38,417 bases of DNA from Candidatus Portnoybacteria bacterium RIFCSPLOWO2_01_FULL_43_11 (GTDB lineage Bacteria > Patescibacteriota > Minisyncoccia > Portnoybacterales > UBA2143): positions 1-38,417 of the forward strand of contig MHNE01000015.1 of assembly GCA_001819605.1 (NCBI GenBank). The letters run 5' to 3'. Each line of letters starts with the position of its first letter. Positions within the stretch are counted from its first letter, which is position 1. Made by a program: the position numbers and the translations under genes. Below the pieces are notes generated by a model. The model had not been told where the DNA came from, did no database searches, and worked only from the letters and a program-made list of their open reading frames with translations. Shown piece by piece: positions 1 to 8,855 of the stretch.

Positions 1-2
1 CA

Positions 3-380
3 ATTAAAGACGGAGAGATAAAAAATGTCATCCAAGAATATTTTATAATCAAGGGACAACGGGAAAAAGACACGAAACGAATGGCGGAATTAAAAAAAAT
101 TATCAATCAATATTGCGATGAAAAAGGCATTGACAGGGTTTTTGGCGAAGATGGTTACATCACTCGCCTGCCCCAAAAACGATTTGAGTATGACGCTCTT
201 AAACTTAGAGAAATTTTAGAGCCGTTAGAAAAATGGGAGGAAATTTTAACCATAGATAAAAACAAATTTAAAAAGGTGATTTCTCAATTACCTTTTGACT
301 TAAGAAAAAAAATTGACGAGAGCAAAAAACTGGAAAAAGAGTTTAAGATAATTACAGCCAGTAAGACTACTAAAAAATGA
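3..380 (+). CDS. Partial CDS (C-terminal end of a protein running off the window edge); hypothetical, possibly the tail of a PD-(D/E)XK nuclease-family protein
   Basis: The frame of ORF 81..380 is open back to position 3 (IKDGEIKNVIQEYFIIKGQREKDTKR-M). The family guess is weak; no catalytic motif is visible in the window. Confidence 0.5.
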   Translation: MKDGEIKNVIQEYFIIKGQREKDTKRMAELKKIINQYCDEKGIDRVFGEDGYITRLPQKRFEYDALKLREILEPLEKWEEILTIDKNKFKKVISQLPFDLRKKIDESKKLEKEFKIITASKTTKK

Positions 381-389
381 CTTTAAACT

Positions 390-794
390 TTATTCTTGTC
401 TATAATCCGCCGGAGCTAATTTGTAGAAATTAGAGTCAGGTTTATAACCGGCGGCCTTGGCCTCGGCTTCGGAATTAAACCAGATTTGATTTTCCGGCTT
501 TATATTTTTAGCCGAAGGACACCAAGGCCAGTGGTATTTGTCGCTATTAATACTCCCGACAAACTTTCCTTGTTTCGCCGGCTCTGACTGATTATTCTCT
601 TTAACGCTCGCTCCTAACGATTGTTGAATTGAAGCAGTAGTCGCCGGATCCTGAATAGAAATCGGCTCTTTATTGGACTCAAAAACGGTTAATCTGCCGG
701 CTCCAAAACTAATTAAGGCAATTAAAATAATACCGATAACTAAAACAATATCTGGCTCATTTTTCTTGACAAAATTAATCAATTTTGTTAACAT
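390..794 (-). CDS. Membrane-anchored protein with C-terminal Ada-type metal-binding-like domain
   Basis: N-terminal hydrophobic helix (IVLVIGIILIALISFGAG), polar linker, then FVGSINSDKYHWPWCPSAKNIKPENQIWFNSEAEAKAAGYKP, which resembles the Ada_Zn_binding-like domain. Confidence 0.75.
   Translation of the reverse strand: MLTKLINFVKKNEPDIVLVIGIILIALISFGAGRLTVFESNKEPISIQDPATTASIQQSLGASVKENNQSEPAKQGKFVGSINSDKYHWPWCPSAKNIKPENQIWFNSEAEAKAAGYKPDSNFYKLAPADYRQE
766..794 (+). promoter_or_regulatory. Sigma70 promoter of rpmA (probably leaderless)
   Basis: TTGACA (766-771), 17-nt spacer ending in TGn, TAACAT (789-794), then 6 nt to the ATG at 801. Confidence 0.7.
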
Positions 795-800
795 AATCTC

Positions 801-1091
801 ATGGCGAAAACTAAATCAGCTGGTTCAACATCATTGGGCCGGGATTCCCGGCCAAAATATTTAGGAGTTAAATTATTTGACGGACAACCGGCCCAACCCG
901 GCAGTGTTATAATCCGCCAGCGCGGCAGTAAATTTGTCGCCGGCAAAAATGTCCGTCAAGGCAAAGATTATACCCTTTATTCCGTGGCTAAGGGCGTAGT
1001 CAAATTTGCCACTAAAAAAATCAAACATTTTGACGGCTCGCGGAGAATCGCCAAGGTGGTTAATGTTGTATCGGGGGCAGCCCCTGGGTAG
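801..1091 (+). CDS. rpmA: 50S ribosomal protein L27
   Basis: MAKTKSAGSTSLGRDSRPKYLGVK...IIRQRG...GKDYTLYS signature. Confidence 0.97.
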   Translation: MAKTKSAGSTSLGRDSRPKYLGVKLFDGQPAQPGSVIIRQRGSKFVAGKNVRQGKDYTLYSVAKGVVKFATKKIKHFDGSRRIAKVVNVVSGAAPG

Positions 1092-1120
1092 ACTCCAGTA
1101 GAAAGCTTTTCAAGAACCTT
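1076..1120 (+). repeat. 45-nt structured direct repeat, copy 1
   Basis: GGCAGC-nn-CTGG(loop)CCAG-T-nn-AAAG...TTTTCAAGAACCTT. The last 14 nt are identical to 1526-1539. Confidence 0.6.
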
Positions 1121-1143
1121 TAAAATTAGGGGAGGGATGGATA

Positions 1144-1455
1144 ATGTCTAAAATAACGGAACAAGCTATTGAAAAATTTAATCTCGAGTTCAGGGATATT
1201 ACCGGGCTCGACGGTAGTTTAGACGGATGGTTAAATTATTGTGCAATAAGAAAATATCTTATCAAAGAAGACCCTATAATGGGGAAATTCATTAGCGACC
1301 TCGTCGCAAATGATGAACCCTTTTCTTCTAAGATTTTATCTATTTTCAAGGTCTATGCGCTCATGAAAGTCCAAATGCACCTGAATAGACAGGCTAGATG
1401 CGATAAATTTTACCAGGAGGATCCAAGAGATAATGAGGGGTATTATAAGTGGTAA
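1144..1455 (+). CDS. Hypothetical protein (orphan-like)
   Basis: 103-aa ORF preceded by a strong SD-like GGGGAGG; no recognisable motif. Confidence 0.6.
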   Translation: MSKITEQAIEKFNLEFRDITGLDGSLDGWLNYCAIRKYLIKEDPIMGKFISDLVANDEPFSSKILSIFKVYALMKVQMHLNRQARCDKFYQEDPRDNEGYYKW

Positions 1456-1494
1456 TCAATCTATCAAGATTTTAGAGTTCAAACGGGAAAATGC

Positions 1495-1539
1495 GGCAGC
1501 GACTGATAGGTCAGTGCAAAGATGTTTTTCAAGAACCTT
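1495..1539 (+). repeat. 45-nt structured direct repeat, copy 2
   Basis: GGCAGC-GA-CTGA(TAGG)TCAG-T-GC-AAAG...TTTTCAAGAACCTT, 419 nt downstream of copy 1. Confidence 0.6.
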
Positions 1540-1562
1540 AACCTCTAAACCAAAACCTCTCT

Positions 1563-1593
1563 AAGGGACGCGTCAAATAACCGCGTCTCTTTT
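1563..1593 (+). terminator. Intrinsic terminator between convergent transcription units
   Basis: AAGGGACGCG / CGCGTCTCTT stem with one G.U pair, running into a T tract and abutting the pyrG stop. Confidence 0.6.
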
Positions 1594-3209
1594 CATTTCA
1601 ACCCGGCTTTCACAAATTCCCTAAACAAAGGATGGGGCCGAAGGGGTCGGGATTTGAATTCAGGGTGAAATTGGGTGGCGATAAAAAATGGGTGATTTTT
1701 AAGCTCAATGATTTCCACTAAATTGCGTTCAGGATTAAGGCCGGCTGTTACTAGTCCCCTACTTTCTAAAATGTCCCTAAAATCATTATTCACTTCGTAG
1801 CGATGACGATGTCTTTCAGAAATTGTGATTTGTCCATACGCTTTTTGGGCTTGCGTTCCTTTAGTTAATTCACAAAGATAAGCGCCCAAACGCATACTAG
1901 CGCCATAATCTTTTTTCTGAATTTTTATTTTCTGCTCGGGCAGTACATCTATAACCGGGTATTTTGTCCGGGGGTTGATTTCTGTGGTATGAGCCGCATT
2001 CATTTTACAGACATTTCTCGCGAATTCCACAACCGCCAATTGAAGACCGTAACATAGTCCCAAAAAAGGGATTTTATTTTTTCTCGCAAATTCAATGGCT
2101 TTGATTTTTCCCTCCACTCCCCTTTCGCCGTAGCCGCCCGGCACAATCAAGCCGTCAAAATTTTTTAATTCTTTAATCTTTTTGGGATTTTTTTCGTATT
2201 CTTCTGAATTAAGCCATTGGATCTCCGGTTTTCTTTTAAAATGCCAAGCCGCGTGCTTAATCGCCTCAATGACAGAAATATAAGCGTCAGCCAAAATAAA
2301 ATCGCCGGTGTTAAAATATTTGCCCACAATGCCGATTTTAATATTCTTATGATTATTTTTAATTATTTTTACCAAACTCCGCCAAGATTTTAAATCTTTT
2401 TTTCTTGCTCTTAAATTAAATTTGTTTAAAATTCTCTGGCCTAAATTGTCTTTTTCAAAATTTAAAGGCACTTCGTAAACGCTTTCAATGTCAGGCGCCG
2501 AGATAACATCTTCCGGAGAAATATTGCAGAAAATAGAAATTTTCTTTTTCCGGGGTTCGTCCAGAGAGTATTCGGAACGGGCCACGATGATATCCGGCTG
2601 AATGCCGGCTGAATTAAGGGTTCTGGCCGCGTATTGAGTCGGTTTGGTTTTCATCTCGCCGATTTTTTGAGGCACCGGCAAGTAGCTCACCAAAACAAAA
2701 AGAACATCTTTAAGATGCTCTAATTTCATCATTCTGGCCGCTTCCAAAAAAAGCATATTCTGATATTCGCCCACTGTGCCGCCTATCTCTATTAAAACAA
2801 AATCAGCTTTAGTTTGACGGGCCGCGCGATAAATTCTTCTGTTGACTTCTTCCGGAATATGAGGCACCACCTCAACGCATTTACCGTCATATTCCAAATT
2901 CCTTTCCCGATGAATTACGGTCTCATAAACCTTGCCGGTCGTCATGTAATTATCAGCCATAATGGTTCTGTCTAAAAATCTTTCGTAGTTGCCAATATCT
3001 TGGTCGGTTTCCATGCCGTCCTCCGTAACAAAAACTTCCCCATGTTCAATGGGGTTCATAGTGCCGGCGTCAACGTTAATGTAGGGGTCAATTTTAATGG
3101 CGGTTACTTCAAAACCCTTGCTCTGTAAAATCTTGCCAATGGAAGCCACGACTATCCCCTTGCCGATTCCGGACATCACACCGCCGGTGACAAAAATATA
3201 TTTAGCCAT
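1593..3209 (-). CDS. pyrG: CTP synthase
   Basis: KYIFVTGGVMSGIGKG, KIDPYINVDAGTM, KTKPTQ; glutaminase motifs GLCYG, ERHRHRYE and QFHPEF. Confidence 0.99.
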   Translation of the reverse strand: MAKYIFVTGGVMSGIGKGIVVASIGKILQSKGFEVTAIKIDPYINVDAGTMNPIEHGEVFVTEDGMETDQDIGNYERFLDRTIMADNYMTTGKVYETVIHRERNLEYDGKCVEVVPHIPEEVNRRIYRAARQTKADFVLIEIGGTVGEYQNMLFLEAARMMKLEHLKDVLFVLVSYLPVPQKIGEMKTKPTQYAARTLNSAGIQPDIIVARSEYSLDEPRKKKISIFCNISPEDVISAPDIESVYEVPLNFEKDNLGQRILNKFNLRARKKDLKSWRSLVKIIKNNHKNIKIGIVGKYFNTGDFILADAYISVIEAIKHAAWHFKRKPEIQWLNSEEYEKNPKKIKELKNFDGLIVPGGYGERGVEGKIKAIEFARKNKIPFLGLCYGLQLAVVEFARNVCKMNAAHTTEINPRTKYPVIDVLPEQKIKIQKKDYGASMRLGAYLCELTKGTQAQKAYGQITISERHRHRYEVNNDFRDILESRGLVTAGLNPERNLVEIIELKNHPFFIATQFHPEFKSRPLRPHPLFREFVKAGLK

Positions 3210-3210
3210 T

Positions 3211-3663
3211 TTATTTTCCTTGTTCCTCTGTCACAATTACTTTTATGGCCGCCTCTAAATTATGAGGAAATTCTATGGCAACTTCGCGCTCTCCTGTTTC
3301 CTTAATCGGCTCATTTAGCCTAATCTGCTCTTTTTTAATTTCAAATCCCCGCGTTTTTAATTCGCTGGCAATTTGAGAAGCGGTAACAGAGCCGAAAAGC
3401 TTTCCATCTTCTTTGATTTTAGCCGGTATTTCAATCTCTAAACCATCCAGCTGACCGGCTAAGTCTTGAGAAATTTTTAACTCTTCTTCGGCTTTTTCAG
3501 CGTCAATTTTCTTCTGCTCTTCCGTCTTTTTAAAATTAGACTGGTTGGCTAAAACCGCCATTTTTTTGGGAAACAAAAAATTTCTGGCGTAACCGTCAGC
3601 CACTCGTTTGATTTCGTGTTTTTTACCTAAGTTATTGATATCTTCTAATAAAATAATTTTCAT
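3211..3663 (-). CDS. rplI: 50S ribosomal protein L9
   Basis: MKIILLEDINNLGK...VADGYARNFLFP and GKLFGSVT. Confidence 0.98.
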   Translation of the reverse strand: MKIILLEDINNLGKKHEIKRVADGYARNFLFPKKMAVLANQSNFKKTEEQKKIDAEKAEEELKISQDLAGQLDGLEIEIPAKIKEDGKLFGSVTASQIASELKTRGFEIKKEQIRLNEPIKETGEREVAIEFPHNLEAAIKVIVTEEQGK

Positions 3664-3684
3664 AAAAAATAACTATAATTAATT

Positions 3685-3963
3685 TTACTCGTATCTTATC
3701 TTAAACCCCTTAAATTCCCCGGTTGACTCTCCCCACTCCGTATCCACTTTTTCCACCCGGGCCAGCATAGGTCCATTATAACACCAGTTAATTAATTCTT
3801 TCAACCCTCTTTCATCTCCTTCGGCCATAATTTTAACCGTCCCGTCTTTTTCATTTTTCACCCAGCCGCTAAGCCCAAATCTTTTTGCCCTTCTTCTGGT
3901 TGAGTCTCTAAAAAATACCATTTGAACCCGACCGTAAATTTTTAAGGTTATTCTTTTACTCAT
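3685..3963 (-). CDS. acyP: Acylphosphatase
   Basis: GRVQMVFFR...GWVKNEKDGTV...GP.ARV. Start moved to ATG 3963 because the ORF-track TTG at 4008 coincides with a -35 box. Confidence 0.9.
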   Translation of the reverse strand: MSKRITLKIYGRVQMVFFRDSTRRRAKRFGLSGWVKNEKDGTVKIMAEGDERGLKELINWCYNGPMLARVEKVDTEWGESTGEFKGFKIRYE

Positions 3964-3979
3964 AAAATATCTTATCAAT

Positions 3980-4008
3980 ATTTTACCATAAATGACCGTT
4001 TTTTTCAA
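3980..4008 (-). promoter_or_regulatory. Sigma70 promoter for acyP-rplI-pyrG
   Basis: TTGAAA-17 nt(TGn)-TAAAAT on the minus strand, 16 nt before ATG 3963. Confidence 0.6.
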
Positions 4009-4028
4009 ATGCCAATTGCTTTCCGCTT

Positions 4029-5588
4029 CTAATATTTATACTCGTCCGCTAAAAATCCGTTTTTGTCTTTGAGAATTAATTTATCGCTGTCGTTATCTAA
4101 AATATCTGTGGATTTATTAAGAAAAACCCGCCATTTGTCTTCAAGGAAATTCGTTTCCAGATAATTATTCTTATAACAATAATTATAATTGAATTTTTCA
4201 TTAAGAAAAGCGGTGCACTCGTTATCCGCGCTGATTTTCCAGTTGCCGGAATAATCAGGGATTTCACAGGAATCTAACCCTTTAATGAAGTCGCGGCAAG
4301 TTTTTTTCAAATGACCGTATTCTTCTTCCTCTATTTTAGGACAATTTTTGGGAAGAGAGGGGAAAAATTGTTTATCCCGATCCAGATAACCGGTACATTG
4401 ATTTAACCGGCAATTTACGCCTTCAGGGCTTTTCCCAAAAGAAATAAGAACCTCGCCGCGGGAGGGAACCCTGATATCAGCGGAATCTCCGGCTGAAAAA
4501 GGATATTTTAACTGATTAACGGCCTTAGGAACAGAAAAGCTGTCCGCTTTGCTTTTAAGAGTCCAGCCGCTTATGTTTATCTCTTCGCTTGAATTATTTT
4601 TTAAAATCAGGTAATCGTTTTCAAATTTCTTTTCTTTTGGATGAACGTTTATGATTTCCATTTTTTGATAAAAAGGAGAAACGCCGATTTGAAAAGTACG
4701 CGAGGCCGGGGTCGGATCAATATAACCTTCGTCGTTTTTGGCCCGCGCGTAAAAGGTGTAAATCTTAGCTTCGTTTGATAATTTAAAAGTCTGGACGGTT
4801 TTTGTTCGCTGGTCTTTCCAGTTTAAATCATAACCCTTTAAATAGGTCTCAAAAGATAAATTTTTTACTTCTCCCAAAGGATTATTCCCGGAATATTTAA
4901 AACTAATTTCATTGCTCTCCAAAAGCGCGTCTTCTTCAGGACCTTCAAGAATAAAGGTATTGGGATATTTATTAGATTCCTGCTTCGCGCTAATAATCGG
5001 GCCGCCGGTAAAATAACCGTAAAATTCCGTTTGATTGACCGGCGCGATTTTTGACCAGTCAAACCCGAGCTGATTAAAAATCTCGGCTGTTTCTATCCAC
5101 CTTTTCTGATTATTCTCTATTTTATAAACTTTATAATCCCCCATCAAACGAATCAGCTCTGAATCATTGTAAGCGTTGAGTTCGGTTTGGTTGACCTCAA
5201 TAATGTCTTCCCATTTATTGCCGTAAGAAAGAAAAACCTCTGAATTTAAAACATGCCTCTTAAGTCCGCTTTCCGTGATATAATAAACCTTGGAAGTATT
5301 GGCTAATTTTATGTGTTTGACTCTCGGATATTTATCTAAATCCGCTTGGCTGATAATCTGAATATTTCCCCATTTATAACCGGGATAAGAATTAAAAACC
5401 GCCGGCGTCGGAATCCAGTGTTTTTTCCCTTTAGTAATCGCGTAAACATCGGAAGTATCAGCGGTTTTTATTAAACCGCCCTCCGGCAAAGACAAAGCGG
5501 CCTCGCTTATTCCGAAACTGAAATATGTTACCCAAAAACCAAAAATCAAAAAAGTAAACAGGAAAGGCGCAAGGTTTATTTTTTTCAT
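4029..5588 (-). CDS. Exported/surface protein: three tandem ~50-aa repeats, a beta-sandwich-like domain, and a lamin-tail-like domain with a Cys-rich insert
   Basis: N-terminal signal/TM segment. Three repeats of LIK/R....VY.I..G.K..I....F...G..W..I..I/V. YTFYARAKNDEGYIDPTPA is FN3/Y_Y_Y-like. YLILKNNSSEEINISGWTLK and ILKDKNG are LTD-like. Confidence 0.65.
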   Translation of the reverse strand: MKKINLAPFLFTFLIFGFWVTYFSFGISEAALSLPEGGLIKTADTSDVYAITKGKKHWIPTPAVFNSYPGYKWGNIQIISQADLDKYPRVKHIKLANTSKVYYITESGLKRHVLNSEVFLSYGNKWEDIIEVNQTELNAYNDSELIRLMGDYKVYKIENNQKRWIETAEIFNQLGFDWSKIAPVNQTEFYGYFTGGPIISAKQESNKYPNTFILEGPEEDALLESNEISFKYSGNNPLGEVKNLSFETYLKGYDLNWKDQRTKTVQTFKLSNEAKIYTFYARAKNDEGYIDPTPASRTFQIGVSPFYQKMEIINVHPKEKKFENDYLILKNNSSEEINISGWTLKSKADSFSVPKAVNQLKYPFSAGDSADIRVPSRGEVLISFGKSPEGVNCRLNQCTGYLDRDKQFFPSLPKNCPKIEEEEYGHLKKTCRDFIKGLDSCEIPDYSGNWKISADNECTAFLNEKFNYNYCYKNNYLETNFLEDKWRVFLNKSTDILDNDSDKLILKDKNGFLADEYKY

Positions 5589-5634
5589 AATTTATAGTAA
5601 AATAATATCGCGGACTAATTTAGTCTATTCTAAT

Positions 5635-7125
5635 ATGAAAATTAAAAATCGTCAAACCGTTATCCTTATTTTCTTAATATTAATTTTAGCCTCTTTTTTC
5701 CGTCTCTGGCGGATTGATTCTGTTCCGCCCGGGCTTTATTCCGACGAAGCCATGAACGGAAATAACGCCTTAGCCACTCTTGAAACAGGCCAATTTAAAG
5801 TTTTTTATCCGGAGAATAACGGCCGGGAAGGACTCTTTATAAATATCATTGCGTTCTCAATAAAGATTTTTGGCAATCAGGCCTGGGCCATTCGCCTGCC
5901 TTCAGTGCTTTTTGGGATTCTTACGGTTTTGGGAATATTCTTTTTAACGAAAATATTATTTCAAAACGAAAGAGTCGCGCTTTTTACGAGTTTTTTTCTG
6001 GCCGCGAGCTTTTGGCATATTAATTTTTCCCGCATCAGCTTTCGAGCCATAATGGCGCCGGCGTTTTTAGTCTGGAGTTTGTATTTGTTATGGAGGATAA
6101 TAAAAAAAACCGAACGGCAAAAATTAAAACCGGAAACAAACTTTATGTTCCGCTCTTCTATTTTAGCGGTCTTTTCCGGATTTATTTACGGCCTCGGCTT
6201 TCATTCCTACATCGCCTACCGGATTACGCCGCTTTTAATTCTTGCGGCTTTACTCGCATTTTTCTTTAAAGCTCCGGCTTATTTAAGGAAAAAGATTTTA
6301 CTTCCGATTTTTCTTTTTCTTATTTTTGCTTTTATCGCTTTTCTGCCGCTCGGTTTTTATTTTTTGGAAAATCCTCAAGATTTTTTCGGCCGGACTTCCC
6401 AAATCTCTATCTTTGAATCAAGCCGGACGATTCTTAATCTCTTTAAAAATACTTTTATAACTTCGCAGATGTTTGTCTTTTTGGGCGATTTTAACTGGCG
6501 CCATAATTACGCCGGCGCGCCCCAACTCTGGCTTCCGGTCGCCTTATTATTCCTGCTCGGAATTTTTAAGAGTTTTAAAAAATTATTTTCAAAAATCAGT
6601 CAATTTCGTTTTGAAAATCTGATTCTGCTTCTCTGGTTTTTTCTTTTGCTCTTGCCGGTTATTGTTTCAAATGAGGGTTTGCCTCATTCGCTTAGGGCGA
6701 TTCTGGTCGCGCCGGCCGCGATGATTTTTGCCGGCCTCGGCCTTGAAGAAATTATTAAAAAAATTCCAGGAAAAAAAACAACCGTTCTCTTCATTGTTGT
6801 TTTTTTTATCCTTATTGCCGGCCAAAGCTATAATCGTTATTTTAGAGAGTGGGCGAAAAATCCAAACGTTTCTCTGGCCTTTAATGAAAATCTAAGCCGG
6901 GTAGCAGATGAACTAAATGACGCTCCGGAAAATATCCCAAAATATATTATAATGAAAAATACGGAAATATTTGATTACCGCGGCACGCCAATGTCGGCCC
7001 AGCCAATTATGTTTTTAACCAAAACCTTTCTGCCTCAATGGCAAAAAGAGAAAAACTTTTTTTATCTTCCCCAAAAAGAGGCGGTTAATCTGCCTTCTGG
7101 CGCAAAAATTATATGGATAGAATAA
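5635..7125 (+). CDS. GT-C fold glycosyltransferase (PMT/ArnT, family 39-like)
   Basis: RLWRIDSVPPGLYSDEA motif in the first loop, AIRLPS, WHINFSR, many TM helices. Confidence 0.9.
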   Translation: MKIKNRQTVILIFLILILASFFRLWRIDSVPPGLYSDEAMNGNNALATLETGQFKVFYPENNGREGLFINIIAFSIKIFGNQAWAIRLPSVLFGILTVLGIFFLTKILFQNERVALFTSFFLAASFWHINFSRISFRAIMAPAFLVWSLYLLWRIIKKTERQKLKPETNFMFRSSILAVFSGFIYGLGFHSYIAYRITPLLILAALLAFFFKAPAYLRKKILLPIFLFLIFAFIAFLPLGFYFLENPQDFFGRTSQISIFESSRTILNLFKNTFITSQMFVFLGDFNWRHNYAGAPQLWLPVALLFLLGIFKSFKKLFSKISQFRFENLILLLWFFLLLLPVIVSNEGLPHSLRAILVAPAAMIFAGLGLEEIIKKIPGKKTTVLFIVVFFILIAGQSYNRYFREWAKNPNVSLAFNENLSRVADELNDAPENIPKYIIMKNTEIFDYRGTPMSAQPIMFLTKTFLPQWQKEKNFFYLPQKEAVNLPSGAKIIWIE

Positions 7126-8855
7126 CAAAAATCTCGGCTCTTTTGATTTTGGTTTTTATGTTTTTTATTTTGGTTTTTTCTTCCTGGAATGATTCTCTTA
7201 CCTTTGATGAAGTTGCTCATATTCCGGCCGGTTATTCGTATCTTAAAAAACAGGATTACCGCTTAAACCCCGAGCATCCGCCGCTTATAAAAGATTTAGC
7301 CGCTTTCCCTCTTTTATTTTTAAATCTTAATTTAAGAACCGATACGCCGGCTTGGCATAAATCAACCAACGACAGACAATGGGAAGTCGGAAATGATTTT
7401 CTCTATGAATCCGGAAATAATCCCGACCAAATCCTTCATTTTTCAAGACTGCCGATGATACTTCTGTCAATCTTTTTTGGTTGGCTGGTTTTTTATTGGG
7501 TAAGAAAAAGATACGGCGATAAAGTCGGTCTTCTGACTTTATTTTTCTACGCGATGTCTCCGACAATCATCGCTCATTCCCGCTATGTGACAACTGACAT
7601 CGGCGCCGGCCTTGGATTTTTTATGGGACTGATTACTTTTCTTAATTTTTTAAAAAATCAGACGAAGAAAAATCTTGTGATGGCCGGCTTAACTTTAGGT
7701 CTGGCTTCTCTTTTAAAATTTTCGATCATTCTTTTAATTCCGACTTACTTTATTCTAGCTGTTTTTTGGTTTATTCTTGAAGATTATAAAAACCTAAAAA
7801 CAACATTTTCTAATTTCTTTAAGATTATTTATAAACTTTTGCTCATCGGCCTTATTTCTATTCTCGTTATCTGGCCGGTTTATCAATTTCATGTTCTAAA
7901 CTATCCGCCGGAAATTCAACTTGAACACGCTAAAAGTATCTTGGGATCGGCTGACGCGCCCGGGGTTAATTTTATAATCAAAATTTCCGATAAACCGTTA
8001 ATTAGAGGACTCGCGCAGTATTTTTTGGGAGTGGCTATGGTTATTCAGCGCTCCGGCGGCGGAAATAATTTTTACTTTTTAGGCAAAGTCTCGTCAGCCG
8101 CCACCCCCTTTTATTTCCCTTTGCTTTATTTGGTAAAAGAACTTTTACCGCTTCATATCTTAACGCTCATCGCTCTTGTTATTTCTTTAAAAAATATTAT
8201 CTCTTCTCCGCGAAAAAAAATCAGCTCAATTAAAGAATGGCTAAGAAAAAATTTCGTTTTAGCCGCCAGCTTAATCTTTGTTTCCATTTATCTGATTCAG
8301 GCCATCACTGGAAACCTTAATATCGGCGTGCGTCATGTTATTCCGGCGCTCCCTTTTATCTGTTTTTTAACGGCCAAACAAATTGTCAGTTGGCTTGAAA
8401 AATCTTTTTGGAAAAAGGCAGTGGTTTTTGTTCTGCTTTTATGGATTTTAATTGAGACTCTTTGGGTTTTCCCTTTTTATCTTTCCTACTACAATGAGCT
8501 GGCCAAGGGAACAAAAAATGGCTATAAAATAGCCACTGATTCCAATTACGATTGGGGACAAGACTTAAAAAGATTAAAAGATTGGATAGATAATTATAAT
8601 ATTGATAAAATTTACCTTGATTATTTCGGCGGCGGCTCGCCAAAATATTATTTAGGAGAAAAATATGAGCCGTGGTGGTCAGCCAAAGGACAGCCAACCA
8701 AAGGCTGGTTCGCGGTTTCAATAAATCAGCTTCAAGGAGCTATGGCAAAACCGGTTAAGGGATTTGAGATAAAGCAGGAAGATACCTATTTATGGCTCAA
8801 AGACAAACAGCCGTTTTTCCGAGTCGGCACTTCAATTTTTATTTATCGGTTTTAA
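7113..8855 (+). CDS. GT-C fold glycosyltransferase (PMT/ArnT, family 39-like)
   Basis: TFDEVAHIPAG...NPEHPPLIK, HSRYVTTD, DSNYDWGQD; polytopic membrane protein. Overlaps the previous gene by 13 nt. Confidence 0.9.
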   Translation: MDRITKISALLILVFMFFILVFSSWNDSLTFDEVAHIPAGYSYLKKQDYRLNPEHPPLIKDLAAFPLLFLNLNLRTDTPAWHKSTNDRQWEVGNDFLYESGNNPDQILHFSRLPMILLSIFFGWLVFYWVRKRYGDKVGLLTLFFYAMSPTIIAHSRYVTTDIGAGLGFFMGLITFLNFLKNQTKKNLVMAGLTLGLASLLKFSIILLIPTYFILAVFWFILEDYKNLKTTFSNFFKIIYKLLLIGLISILVIWPVYQFHVLNYPPEIQLEHAKSILGSADAPGVNFIIKISDKPLIRGLAQYFLGVAMVIQRSGGGNNFYFLGKVSSAATPFYFPLLYLVKELLPLHILTLIALVISLKNIISSPRKKISSIKEWLRKNFVLAASLIFVSIYLIQAITGNLNIGVRHVIPALPFICFLTAKQIVSWLEKSFWKKAVVFVLLLWILIETLWVFPFYLSYYNELAKGTKNGYKIATDSNYDWGQDLKRLKDWIDNYNIDKIYLDYFGGGSPKYYLGEKYEPWWSAKGQPTKGWFAVSINQLQGAMAKPVKGFEIKQEDTYLWLKDKQPFFRVGTSIFIYRF

